Shown: positions 1-10,697 of the stretch, one piece after another
Position numbering within the stretch: position 1 is the stretch's first letter
Layout: each line of letters opens with the position of its first letter
NCBI GenBank assembly: GCA_035063585.1
Contig: JAPSGB010000006.1
Span: 1-64,000 of the forward strand
From: Polyangiaceae bacterium
GTDB lineage: Bacteria; Myxococcota_A; Polyangia; Polyangiales; Polyangiaceae
Length of the DNA: 64,000 nucleotides
Direction: 5' to 3'
Translations under genes and position numbers: made by a program
The notes under the pieces: model-generated
What the model saw: only the letters and a program-made list of their open reading frames with translations
What the model was told of the DNA's origin: nothing
Database searches by the model: none

Positions 1-141
1 CTGTCGCTCTACAAGCAGGGCTGCTTCTGGTACGACGCGATTCCGGCGATGCCGGATGACCGGCTCGCGCTCCTCATGACCGCCTACGATGAGTGCGTTC
101 GCGAGCAAGCTCTCCTCCGCGGCGTATTCGGCCTGCTATGA
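1..141 (+). CDS. 3' end of a hypothetical protein, truncated by the window edge
   Basis: Frame 1 reads LSLYKQGCFWYDAIPAMPDDRLALLMTAYDECVREQALLRGVFGLL with TGA at 139-141 and GC-ending codons; no family recognised. Confidence 0.5.
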   Translation: MSLYKQGCFWYDAIPAMPDDRLALLMTAYDECVREQALLRGVFGLL

Positions 142-290
142 GCGCGAAACGAGGGGATGCTTCAGGCGGCGGCCCCCAAACGGCGACCCCCTCGGTGAGC
201 GCGACGCATCGGCTCTCGAAGCTCGATAGTCCGCTCCGGAGTGATCCGTCCGCGCCTGCGGGGTGGCCCTTCACGAGCGTTCGATCCTGC

Positions 291-2018
291 TCACCTCAAG
301 ATCACCCGCGGGCTCGCGCTGGTGAAATCCGCGTGCACGCCGCGCGACTCGCCGGGGCCGAGGGTGACGGTCGCCGACACACGCTCGTCGAGCACGCCGA
401 GGCTCCGGAAGAGCACCGGGTACGTTCCTGGTGGAAGCGAGAGGCCGAGCACCGGAGTCGAGGCGAAGCGTCGCCCGCCAACCATGACGCTCGCGGGCGG
501 CGCGGAGGTCAAGCTGAGCGTAGAGCGCCCAGGGGCCGGTTCGGCCGCGCTCGCGCCGGGTCTGGGGTTGGTGGTCGGTCCGGCGCGCGGCCCCGCGGAC
601 GAACCGCTCGGGACGGCGGGCGGCGCGACGGGAGCCGCAGGCTCAGGCGGCGTCGCCGCGTGGTTACCTGACGAAGTGTCAGGAATCGGGGCCAGGGCGA
701 GGTTGGCAGCGGAGTCGCCTGCATCTCTCCACGGCTCAGCCGTGGAGCCCCTCGCCGCCGCGTGACTCGAGCCGAGGCCGGCCGGTGAGCGCGCCGAACC
801 CGCCTCGCGGGGCTGCGCGCCGGACCGCCACCTCTGGCCGATCCAGGCGAACAGCACGGCGCTCGCGACGAGCGCGGCGAGCAGCCCGGCGCGCCGACCA
901 GAGCCGGCCGCGGCCGAAGCAATCGGCGGCGCGCGCTCGAGGCGGCGGGTGGCGACGGGCTCGGCGTTGGGCGAGAGCTTGCGCGTCCACTCGACGAGAT
1001 CGTCGCGGACGGCGAAGGTACGCGTGACCGGCTCGCCCGCGTGGGTCGCGGGCGCGGGGCGCGGCGGGGTGGCGTCGCCAGGGCGCGGCTCGCTCGCGGG
1101 CGTTCGGTCGAGCCACGGCTCGGAGCGCCGCCCGCTCCGGCGCGCGCGGCGCGCGCGCTCGCCGAGCCGGCGCGCGACATCGCCGAGGTCCGCGCTCTTC
1201 AGGAACTCGCGGAGCGGGCGGGCGAGGAGCTCGGCGCGCGCCGGGCGGCGCGCGGGCTCGAGCGCGACGCTCGCGGTCACCAGCTCGTCGAGCGGCGCGA
1301 GGCGCGGCGAGCGCGCGCTCGGCGGCGGCGGCGACGCGGTGAGCGCGTGCTCACTCTCGACGGCGGTCGCGCGCCGAAACGGCGGCGAGCCCGACCACGC
1401 CTCGAGGAGCAGCGCTCCGACCGCGAACACGTCGGTCGCGGGGGTGAGCGCGGCGCCCGCGAGCTGCTCGGGCGGCATGTGCCCCGGCGAGCCGAACACC
1501 TCGACGGCGACGCGCTCGCCGCCGGCCGCACTCGCCGCAGGCGCAGCGATCCCGAAGTCGATGAGCCGGACCGCGCCCTCGTCGTCTATCATCACGTTGC
1601 GTGGCGTCACGTCGCGGTGGACGATCCCGGCGCGGCGGTGGGCGTAGTCGAGCGCGCGGCAGATCTCGACCCCGACGTAGGCGCCCTCCTCCGGCGAGAG
1701 CGGTCCCGTCTCGAGGAGGAGCTCGGCGAGGGTCACACCCTCGCAGAACTCCATGGCGATGTAATAGGTGCCCTGCTCGACTCCGAGCTCGTACACGGGC
1801 ACGATGTTCGGGTGACCGAGCTCGACCGCGGTCTTGGCCTCGTCGACGAAGCGCCGCACGAAGGCGTCGTCGCTCGCGAGCTCCGGGCGGATCTGCTTGA
1901 CCACGAGCCGCTTCTCGAAGCCGCCCGCGCCGCGCAGGGTCGCTCGGAAGACCCGCGCCATGCCTCCCGCGGCGAGCTCGGCGTCGAGCACGTACTTGCC
2001 GAACATCTGGGGAAACAT
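291..2018 (-). CDS. Hanks-type Ser/Thr protein kinase with TM helix and C-terminal PEGA-like domain
   Basis: LAAGGMARVF, LVVKQI, HPNIV, HRDVTPRN and DFG motifs; hydrophobic LLAALVASAVLFAWI; C-terminal SAPPASVMVGG..TP..LPPGTY. Confidence 0.93.
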   Translation of the reverse strand: MFPQMFGKYVLDAELAAGGMARVFRATLRGAGGFEKRLVVKQIRPELASDDAFVRRFVDEAKTAVELGHPNIVPVYELGVEQGTYYIAMEFCEGVTLAELLLETGPLSPEEGAYVGVEICRALDYAHRRAGIVHRDVTPRNVMIDDEGAVRLIDFGIAAPAASAAGGERVAVEVFGSPGHMPPEQLAGAALTPATDVFAVGALLLEAWSGSPPFRRATAVESEHALTASPPPPSARSPRLAPLDELVTASVALEPARRPARAELLARPLREFLKSADLGDVARRLGERARRARRSGRRSEPWLDRTPASEPRPGDATPPRPAPATHAGEPVTRTFAVRDDLVEWTRKLSPNAEPVATRRLERAPPIASAAAGSGRRAGLLAALVASAVLFAWIGQRWRSGAQPREAGSARSPAGLGSSHAAARGSTAEPWRDAGDSAANLALAPIPDTSSGNHAATPPEPAAPVAPPAVPSGSSAGPRAGPTTNPRPGASAAEPAPGRSTLSLTSAPPASVMVGGRRFASTPVLGLSLPPGTYPVLFRSLGVLDERVSATVTLGPGESRGVHADFTSASPRVILR

Positions 2019-3885
2019 GCGCGCCCCTCATGGTAGCGCCCTCCTCGCGCTCCTGCTCCTTTCCGGCTGTGGCGCGGGGGAGGCGAGCGAGCATGTGCGC
2101 GCGGTGCGGCTCCACGCGCTCGCTGGCTGTCCGCCCGGGCGCGGCTCCGTGCTGGTCCGCGCGCTCGGCGACTTCGACCCGACTCCCACCACCGCCGAGG
2201 CGCTCGACTCGACGCTCCGCGGGCGCGTCATGGGGTTCCCTGACGAGACGCGCGCGCTCGTGGCCGAGCTCATCGCACCGGGCGGCGCCTGGCTCGGCCT
2301 GGCCGAGGAGGAGCGCCCCGACGGTGATTTCGACGTGCTGCTGTGGCCGAAGGACGAGCGCTGCGAGCTCGGCCACGCGCCGGCATACCCCGCGAGCGCG
2401 GGTGGGCAGGCGCTCGGCTGGTCGAGCGCGAGCAGGGTGCTCCTGGTCGCCGGCGAGCTCACGAGCACGGCCGACAGCGCGCGCGCGCTCTACTTCGATG
2501 CGAAGCGTGGCGTCGCGAGCGAGGTCGAGGGCGGCATGGTGCCGGGCCGCGCGTTCGCGACCGTGACGCCGTTCGGCGACGCGCTCATCGTGGCCGGCGG
2601 GCTCGATCCGCGCACTTCGTCGAGCGGCGCTCCCGCCGATGGGCGCCCGATCGCGAGCGGCGTGGTGTTCGAGCCCGAGACGGGGCGCTTCGATCGCGCG
2701 CGGTTGGTCCCGCTGTCGGTCGCGCGCGCACGACACGCGGCCGTGGTCCTGCCGTCCGGCGAGACGCTGCTCGTGGGCGGCGTGGGTGAAGGCGGGGTCG
2801 CGCTCGGGAGCCTCGACGCCATTTCTCCGCGCGATCGCGCGCCGCGCGAGGTCGGGCTCGCCACCCTGGCCGAGGCGCGCGTCGCTCCGGTCGCGCTCAC
2901 CCTCGACGACGGGCGCATCCTGGTCGCCGGCGGCACCGGCCGCGACGGCGCGCCGGTCGGGCGGCTCGAGTTCCTGTCTGCGGACGCGAGCCAGGCGTCG
3001 TTCGGGAGCACCAGCGTGCCACCGCGCTTCGACCGCGCGTTCGTGGCGATGCCGGGTGGCGGGGCGCTCGCGGTCGGCGGCTGCGCCACGCGCGGCGGCA
3101 CCGGCTGTCGCGACGCCTGGTGGATTACGCCCGAGGGCGTCGCCGAGCGGCTTCCGGACCTGCCCGTCGAGACGCCTCACCCCGCGCTCGTGCCCGCCGC
3201 GAACGGCGCACCATGGCTGGTCGCTGGGCCCGACGACGCGCGCGAGCTCTTGCGCTTCGATCCGTGGCAGGCGGCCTTCGTGGTGCCGCCCGGACGCCCG
3301 CGCGCAGCGCCGGCCGCGGAGCTCCCGGCCCCCTTGGCGCTCGATCCGGGTGCCTTCGTGTGGCTCGCGCGCGGCGCCGAGGGGCTCGCGCTCGAGGGCC
3401 TTCGCTTCGACACGCGCGGGCGCTTCGCGTTCGACGTCGCGCCACTCTTCACCGCGCTGCCGCCCGACGGGAGCTTCCCCGTCTCGCAGGCCGCGCACGT
3501 CGCGCCGGATCGCTCGCCGGTCCGCGACGGCGCGGAGGCGCGCTTCGCTCCGACGAGCGGCCTCACGCTCGAGGGCGACGACGCGACCGCGCTCATCACC
3601 GACGCGCGCTACCTCACCGTGGAGCTCCGCATCACGCTCGGCGCCGGCTCGCCACCGCGCGTGCTCGCGGGCGAGCGCATCCTCGGCGGCGCCGACTGTC
3701 CGTGGCCGGAGGGCAGCGAGGAGACGCTCGAGCTCGAGCTCGTCCCGGGGAGCGCCACGCTCACGCGCGGCGCGAAGCGCGTGACGTGCAGCGCGCCCGC
3801 CGAGCGGATCGCCTTGGGATTCCGCGCCGGACCGACCCAGAAGACGACTCTACGCGCGGTCGAGGTTCGCCGGGGAGCGCGCTGA
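2017..3885 (+). CDS. Kelch-repeat (beta-propeller) lipoprotein
   Basis: Start re-picked at ATG 2017, giving lipobox LLLLSGC; Kelch-like RAFATVT..LIVAGG, RARHAAVVLPSGETLLVGG, LDDGRILVAGG. Confidence 0.75.
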   Translation: MRAPHGSALLALLLLSGCGAGEASEHVRAVRLHALAGCPPGRGSVLVRALGDFDPTPTTAEALDSTLRGRVMGFPDETRALVAELIAPGGAWLGLAEEERPDGDFDVLLWPKDERCELGHAPAYPASAGGQALGWSSASRVLLVAGELTSTADSARALYFDAKRGVASEVEGGMVPGRAFATVTPFGDALIVAGGLDPRTSSSGAPADGRPIASGVVFEPETGRFDRARLVPLSVARARHAAVVLPSGETLLVGGVGEGGVALGSLDAISPRDRAPREVGLATLAEARVAPVALTLDDGRILVAGGTGRDGAPVGRLEFLSADASQASFGSTSVPPRFDRAFVAMPGGGALAVGGCATRGGTGCRDAWWITPEGVAERLPDLPVETPHPALVPAANGAPWLVAGPDDARELLRFDPWQAAFVVPPGRPRAAPAAELPAPLALDPGAFVWLARGAEGLALEGLRFDTRGRFAFDVAPLFTALPPDGSFPVSQAAHVAPDRSPVRDGAEARFAPTSGLTLEGDDATALITDARYLTVELRITLGAGSPPRVLAGERILGGADCPWPEGSEETLELELVPGSATLTRGAKRVTCSAPAERIALGFRAGPTQKTTLRAVEVRRGAR

Positions 3886-3892
3886 GCTCGGC

Positions 3893-5551
3893 TCAGCGCT
3901 TGAAGAGCTTGTTCAGGATGTTGCCGGTGTCGCGACCCTTGTCCTTCTTGTCGGACTTGTCGGTGGCCGCGGCGGCCAGGCGCATCTCGTAGAGGCGGAC
4001 CTCGCGGGCGGCGTCGAGGTGCCTCGGGTGATTCTCGACGATCCAGCGAAAATCCTTGAGCGCCGCCTTCTCCTTGCCGGCGCGCTTGAGGAGCTGGCCG
4101 CGATACCAGTGCGCGCGCAGGTTGTTCGGCTCGCGCGCGAGCGCATGCTCGAGCCGCGCGATGAGACCCGCGAGCGAGTCCTCGCGGTGCTCGGCTGCTT
4201 GTGACCGCACCCACGCGTCGAGCGCGATGTAGTCGGCCTGCTCCGGATCACCCTCGACGGCCGCCTTGGCCTCGCGGGCGGCGCCCGCGAGGTCGTTCTT
4301 CTTGAGCAGCACCTCCGCCTTCTGGAACGCGGTCGCCGCGCGGAGGACGCGCGTGACCGCCTCTTGTTCATCAGCGCTGCCCAGTCCGCCGGCGGCGAGG
4401 AACCTATCGTATTCTGCGCGCCGCTCGACGTCCGAGAGCATCTGGTGCGCTTCGCTGACGCGCGCAAAGTAGCGGGTCAGCTCGTCGTGCACGTCGGCGC
4501 ACTCGGGGCCGGCGCGGTCCGGATGGAAGCGTTTGGCGAGACGGAAGAAGGCGGCCTGAATGATGGACGTCGACGCCTCCGGCTCGACGCCGAGGAGCTC
4601 GTAGTAGTTCTGCTTTCCGGCGCGCTCGGCCGCCTCGCGGACTTCCCGCTTGAAGGCGAGTACCGCGGGGTCGTCGTCGGGCTCGGCCGCCGGCGGCCGC
4701 GACGCTGGCTCCACGGGCGGTGTCGCGGGTGTGACCCGCGCCGGTATCGCGGGCGTCCGCCGTGGAGGCGGAGGCGAAGGAGAGGGCCCGGTGACCCCCA
4801 CCGGGAGCGCTCCCGACACCCCGAGATCGAGGTGTCGGGTAGCGAGCAGCGCGCAGAGCACACGGTCGATGGCCTCAGGCTCGTCGAGCCCGCTCGCTCG
4901 GAGCGCCTCGAAACGCCAGGGTTTGGCGCGCAGCACGTCGAGCACTGACTGCTCCTTCGCGTTGAAGCCGAAGCGCGCGACCTGCGCCTCCGGGTGGAGC
5001 CGAAGCTCTTGACCAGCGAGGCGCGCTCGAAGCGCCGCCAGGTGCGCATCGGGTGCGGCGCCGCGGAATACGCGCCAAAACAGCGCCAGCGGCCTCGCGG
5101 GGGCCGGCTCGCCCGCGCCCCAACGCGCGAGAAAATCCGCGCCTTCGTAGAACCCGTATACGGTCTCGAGGGGCAGCGCGCACATCCACTCGAGCTGACG
5201 GGCGAGCTGCTCCAAGAGCCCGCGCCCCAGGGTCACGGCGTCGACCGCACCCTCAGCGAGGAGCACGGCGCCGTGCAGGCGCTGCTCCTTGGCGACCACC
5301 GAGAGCGTCCGCGTCTCGGTCGCCTCGTCGATGGCGCCTTGCTCGAAGAGCACCCGGCCTAGATATGCGACGGGCTCGGCCGTCTTCGCCTTGCGGGGCG
5401 CGCCGCGCTCGAAGGAGAGCGCGCTCTTCCCGCCGCCCGGGGCCTCGAGCACCAGGGTGCCGTCGAGGCGGCGGTCGAGCAAATAGACGAGCAGGCTCGA
5501 GAGCGGAGTTGCTGCCAAGGTGCCGGTGGCGGTCGCAACGGGGGCGGTCAT
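3893..5551 (-). CDS. DUF4388-like / DnaJ-domain / TPR protein
   Basis: N-terminal GTLAATPLSSLL..LDGTLVL (DUF4388-like); J-domain NYYELLGV...KRFHPD; C-terminal TPR-like helices. Confidence 0.85.
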   Translation of the reverse strand: MTAPVATATGTLAATPLSSLLVYLLDRRLDGTLVLEAPGGGKSALSFERGAPRKAKTAEPVAYLGRVLFEQGAIDEATETRTLSVVAKEQRLHGAVLLAEGAVDAVTLGRGLLEQLARQLEWMCALPLETVYGFYEGADFLARWGAGEPAPARPLALFWRVFRGAAPDAHLAALRARLAGQELRLHPEAQVARFGFNAKEQSVLDVLRAKPWRFEALRASGLDEPEAIDRVLCALLATRHLDLGVSGALPVGVTGPSPSPPPPRRTPAIPARVTPATPPVEPASRPPAAEPDDDPAVLAFKREVREAAERAGKQNYYELLGVEPEASTSIIQAAFFRLAKRFHPDRAGPECADVHDELTRYFARVSEAHQMLSDVERRAEYDRFLAAGGLGSADEQEAVTRVLRAATAFQKAEVLLKKNDLAGAAREAKAAVEGDPEQADYIALDAWVRSQAAEHREDSLAGLIARLEHALAREPNNLRAHWYRGQLLKRAGKEKAALKDFRWIVENHPRHLDAAREVRLYEMRLAAAATDKSDKKDKGRDTGNILNKLFKR

Positions 5552-5586
5552 CGGGGGACGGGAGCGTAGCAGAAGCGAAGATGGGG

Positions 5587-5720
5587 GCGCGGCGGGCGTG
5601 ACGCGGAGCGCGGCGGGCGTGACGCCGAGCGCGGCGGGCGTGACGCCGAGCGCGGCGGGCGTGACGCCGAGCGCGGCGGGCGTGACGCCGAGCGCGGCGG
5701 GCGTGACGCCGAGCGCGGCG
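5587..5720. repeat. Intergenic 21-bp tandem repeat, 6 copies plus a partial
   Basis: Unit GCGCGGCGGGCGTGACGCCGA at 5587, 5608, 5629, 5650, 5671, 5692 (one mismatch in the first copy); no spacers. Confidence 0.95.
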
Positions 5721-5806
5721 TACTACCTCCCTTCGCGAGGTGCCGCTACTCGCGGAGGGCGGTCGCCAGCTAGCTGTCCGGACGAGGTCCGAGTACCGTC
5801 GACACC

Positions 5807-7195
<1,389 letters not shown>

Positions 7196-7244
7196 TAGAC
7201 GGTCGAACGGAGGGCGCGACGGCGCCGAGAGGGCAGGTGCGCGC

Positions 7245-7700
7245 ATGGTGGAGCTAGGCCCTGACGACGACGACATCGAGTCGCTGAAGGCGCCGCTCAT
7301 CATGCGCCTCGCGGGGATCGCGCTCGGGTTGGACGGCGTCTTCACCGTGGTCCTCGCGCTCCAGAATTTCGTCGGGCTCCCGATGCGAGCCCCGTTCATC
7401 GCGGTGTCGGCGCTGACGCTCTGCTTCGGCGTGGCGCTCACCCTGATCGGCGTGCGCACCGCGGGCGCGCGCGGTTGGGCGGCCATCGCGGGCACCGTCG
7501 TGGCGGGCCTCTTCGCGCTCGCGGACCTCACGTGGGTCGTCTTCGAGTTCGCGCACGGGGTCGTGTCACTCTTGGCGCTCGGTCTCGTCCCGCTCTCGGC
7601 CCTGGCCGCGATCCTCGCGGGTTTTGCCATCCCGGCCGGGCTCCAGGCAGACAAGGCTCGCTTTCGCCTCGATGCGCAGGGCTTCAAGCCGGGGTTCTGA
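7245..7700 (+). CDS. Small membrane protein (about 4 TM helices)
   Basis: ATG 7245 in the 6834..7700 frame; four hydrophobic stretches. Confidence 0.7.
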   Translation: MVELGPDDDDIESLKAPLIMRLAGIALGLDGVFTVVLALQNFVGLPMRAPFIAVSALTLCFGVALTLIGVRTAGARGWAAIAGTVVAGLFALADLTWVVFEFAHGVVSLLALGLVPLSALAAILAGFAIPAGLQADKARFRLDAQGFKPGF

Positions 7701-7836
7701 GCTGGACCACGGCTCACGCGAGCCTCGCCCCATGGCGCGGGACGACCACGGGTGGGCCGGCGTGAAGCGGTGATCGTGTATAGTGCGCGTCGCACACGCT
7801 GTCGCCCGAGGGGGCAGCGCGAGAAAGGAACCGCAG

Positions 7837-8499
7837 ATGAATCCCATGACCCCAGGCGGCCTCCCGCCAGGCGCTCCGCCACCAGGCTCTCCACCCTATG
7901 GCTACGCACCGCAGGGCGCGCAGCCGGGCTACGCCCCTCAGCCGGGCGCGCCGATGCAGCCGTCGCCCGGCATGCCGATGAACGCCGGCGTGGGGCTCGC
8001 GCGGCTCGGGCACGCGCAGGCCTCGCTGAACAGCGCCGGCAGCATGCTCAAGTACATGCAGATCGGGTTCGCGGCGCTCGGTGGGTTGCTCGCGGTCGGT
8101 GGGCTCGTGGCGATAGTCACGGGCAACTTTGGGATGGGGATCGGCCTGGTCATTACCGGTGTCGTGCTCGGCGGGACCGCGTGGTTCACGTTGCCGATGT
8201 TCATGGGCCAGCTCAGCGGCGCACAGGCGATGGTCGGCGCGCTCGCCGCAAAGGAGCAACTCGCGCTGACCGGCATGCCGATGACGGCGCGTGTGCTCGC
8301 CGCCCAGCAGACGGGAACGATGGTGAACATGAACCCGCAGGTGCACGTCACCCTCGAGGTGCACGGGCCGCAGGGGCCCTACCACGTGCAGACGCTCGCC
8401 ATCGTACCGCAGTTCAACATCCCCCAGTGCCAGCCCGGCGCGACGGTGAACGTGCGGGTCAACCCGCAGAACCCGCACGAGGTCGCGGTCGTCTTCTGA
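7837..8499 (+). CDS. Membrane protein with Pro/Gly/Tyr-rich N-terminus, 2 TM helices and a DUF3592-like C-terminal domain
   Basis: AAGGAA SD before ATG 7837; QTGTMVNMNPQV..LEV...VRVNPQNPHEVAV. Confidence 0.7.
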   Translation: MNPMTPGGLPPGAPPPGSPPYGYAPQGAQPGYAPQPGAPMQPSPGMPMNAGVGLARLGHAQASLNSAGSMLKYMQIGFAALGGLLAVGGLVAIVTGNFGMGIGLVITGVVLGGTAWFTLPMFMGQLSGAQAMVGALAAKEQLALTGMPMTARVLAAQQTGTMVNMNPQVHVTLEVHGPQGPYHVQTLAIVPQFNIPQCQPGATVNVRVNPQNPHEVAVVF

Positions 8500-8623
8500 G
8501 CCGTCGTGGCTGCAGCGGCCGGGGTCGCACGCGGACGAGAGCGAGCCGGCGAGGACGGAAACGAGCAAGATGAGACGGTTCACCGAACACGCTCGTGACG
8601 CGGCCCCCGTGTTCCGTCCTAGA

Positions 8624-9880
8624 ATGCGAATCGCTCTCGTCTCCTGCTGCATCGTGCTGGGCTCCTGCGTGCGCCCGATGCCTTGCCCCACCACGGCGCC
8701 CGCGACGACGCCCGCGCCATCGGCCACCCTCGCCGGCGCTCCGCTGAGCCCCACGCGTCCGGCGCAGCAGGAGCGTGAGAGGATCGCGGTGCTGCCCTTC
8801 CAGGACGAGCAGCTGTTTCGGAGCGAGCGGCGCGCGCTGCGCGAGCAGCTCGCAGCGGCGCTCGGCAAGGCGCTGCGTGACTACGAGCTGGTTCCGCTCG
8901 CGGAGGTCGACGCGGAGCTTCGGCCCGTGGCGAAGAGTGGGACCCGCTGCGCCTTCGACGGCGTACCAAACCATCGCCGCGTCAGTGGTAAGGGCTGGCT
9001 CACGACGGAGCTCGTGCACGTCTCCGGCTTCGAGGAGAAGGGCGACGAGCTCTGGGTACAGGTCAACGGCTGGCAATCCCCGGAGCTCACGCTCACCGCT
9101 CCCTGGAACCCGCAGCTTCCTCGTGTGGAGCGCTACGAGAGCGCGTTCACCTCCCTGAGGGCGCTCCCCGCGGGCGCTGGCCTGCTCGGAGGGCTCACAG
9201 GCCGCTTCACGCCCCGCGGCGAGGTGAGAGCGGGCACGCTCACGCTCTGCCAGCGGGTGGGCTTCACCGACTGCGCAGCCGAGACCAAGGCTTTCAGCGA
9301 CCAGGCAGCCGGGATGGCCGCGTGTTTCGCCGGCGCGGATCACGAGCGCCAGCACGTGCTCTTCGAGGGGGCGAGCCGCTGCGAGCTCGAGGACCTCGAC
9401 GATACGAGCGGGCCGGCCGGCAAGCGCGAAGCGTGCCTGTGCGCGGCGGTCGCGAAGTCGGCGGGCGCGAGCGCGACTCGCGGGCGCTCCCGACTGATCA
9501 TTGAGCACGAAGCGGAGGATCTTGCGGGAAAATCGCGCCCGGAGATCCGCGTGGTGGAGGCTTCGACCAACCTGCACGTCGACGCCGACTGGCACTCGTC
9601 CGACAAGAAGGGGCAGGCGCCGGTCCGCCGGCTCACGGTCGACAACGTCGACTCGGTGGCGCCGGCGCTCGCGCGTTGCGCCCTACCGGCGGGTAGTCTG
9701 ATCTTGGCAGAAGTGTCGGTCAGTGACGCGGGCGCCGTTCAAGCCGCCCGCGTGCTCAGCGGCGACCAGACGAAGCGCGACGGAGCTTGCGTCGAGAAGG
9801 CGCTCGCGACGGGGGCGTACGCGTGCACCAGTGACGGCAAGCCCGCGACGGTGCGGCTGGCGCTCGCCTGGCCGGATTGA
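8624..9880 (+). CDS. Cys-rich lipoprotein with possible TonB-C/AgmX-like C-terminal domain
   Basis: MRIALVSCCIVLGSC lipobox; C-terminal ..EVSVSDAGAV..ARV...ACVEKAL.. pattern; start could instead be 8570. Confidence 0.6.
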   Translation: MRIALVSCCIVLGSCVRPMPCPTTAPATTPAPSATLAGAPLSPTRPAQQERERIAVLPFQDEQLFRSERRALREQLAAALGKALRDYELVPLAEVDAELRPVAKSGTRCAFDGVPNHRRVSGKGWLTTELVHVSGFEEKGDELWVQVNGWQSPELTLTAPWNPQLPRVERYESAFTSLRALPAGAGLLGGLTGRFTPRGEVRAGTLTLCQRVGFTDCAAETKAFSDQAAGMAACFAGADHERQHVLFEGASRCELEDLDDTSGPAGKREACLCAAVAKSAGASATRGRSRLIIEHEAEDLAGKSRPEIRVVEASTNLHVDADWHSSDKKGQAPVRRLTVDNVDSVAPALARCALPAGSLILAEVSVSDAGAVQAARVLSGDQTKRDGACVEKALATGAYACTSDGKPATVRLALAWPD

Positions 9881-10060
9881 AAGGTCGATCCGCGGGGGGC
9901 GTGACCACCTGCCGACGGTGGAGTCTCGCGCTGGCGGATTGAAGCGGAAGCTCCCGCGCTCGACGAGCGCTCCGACGACGAGGCGCTCGACTCACCGTAG
10001 GCGCCCTTCATCATGCGCGTCACTTGCCGCTCGATCGCCGCGTCGACTATCGTGGAACCC

Positions 10061-10657
10061 GTGCGCCACCCAGCCCCGCGTGAGCCTCGACGGTCCGCGC
10101 TCTGTCGATGCGCCCCGCACCTGCTCGGCGTCGCCGCGACGTGCGCGGCGACGCTGCTCGCTACGCCCTCGGCGAAGGCCGCGGGGCCTCTGAGCGCGCC
10201 TGCCGAGCCCTCGAGCACGCGATGGTACGGTGAGCAGACGCTCATCGCCGACGGCGCGTCGCTCGCCGTGTTCGGGCTCGGAGCGAGCACGCGGAGCCTG
10301 TCGGGCTTCATGGCGGTCGGCGCCATCGGCTACGCGTTGGCTGCGCCCGCGGTCCACCTCGGGCACGGCCGAGTCGGCACGGCTTTCCTCGATCTCGGAC
10401 AGCGTCTCGCGATCCCTGGGCTGTTCGGACTCGGCGGCGCGCTCGTGGCCTGCCAAGGGGGGAACTCGACCGGCGAGTCGTTCTGCGGGCTCACTGGCTT
10501 CGCGCTCGGACTCGGCGTCGGCGTGCCCGCGGCGATCGCCATCGACGCCGCGCTGCTCGCCCGGGAAGAGGTGCCCGCGACGCCCGCGCACACCATGATG
10601 CTCGCGCCGATGGTGAGCCATACCGGGGGCGGGCTCGGCGTAATCGGCACCTTCTAG
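10061..10657 (+). CDS. Exported hypothetical protein (myxobacterial WYGxQTL type)
   Basis: Signal-like N-terminus, WYGEQTLIADG, hydrophobic Gly-rich helices, C-terminal GLGVIGTF; TATCGT lies 7 nt upstream of the GTG. Confidence 0.65.
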   Translation: MRHPAPREPRRSALCRCAPHLLGVAATCAATLLATPSAKAAGPLSAPAEPSSTRWYGEQTLIADGASLAVFGLGASTRSLSGFMAVGAIGYALAAPAVHLGHGRVGTAFLDLGQRLAIPGLFGLGGALVACQGGNSTGESFCGLTGFALGLGVGVPAAIAIDAALLAREEVPATPAHTMMLAPMVSHTGGGLGVIGTF

Positions 10658-10697
10658 GGTTGGCTTGTTCGGCGCGAGGCCCGGGCGAGGCGACCGC

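Noticed and set aside
5587..5720. CRISPR array
   Set aside because: The repeats are directly adjacent with no unique spacers, and there are no cas genes in the window.
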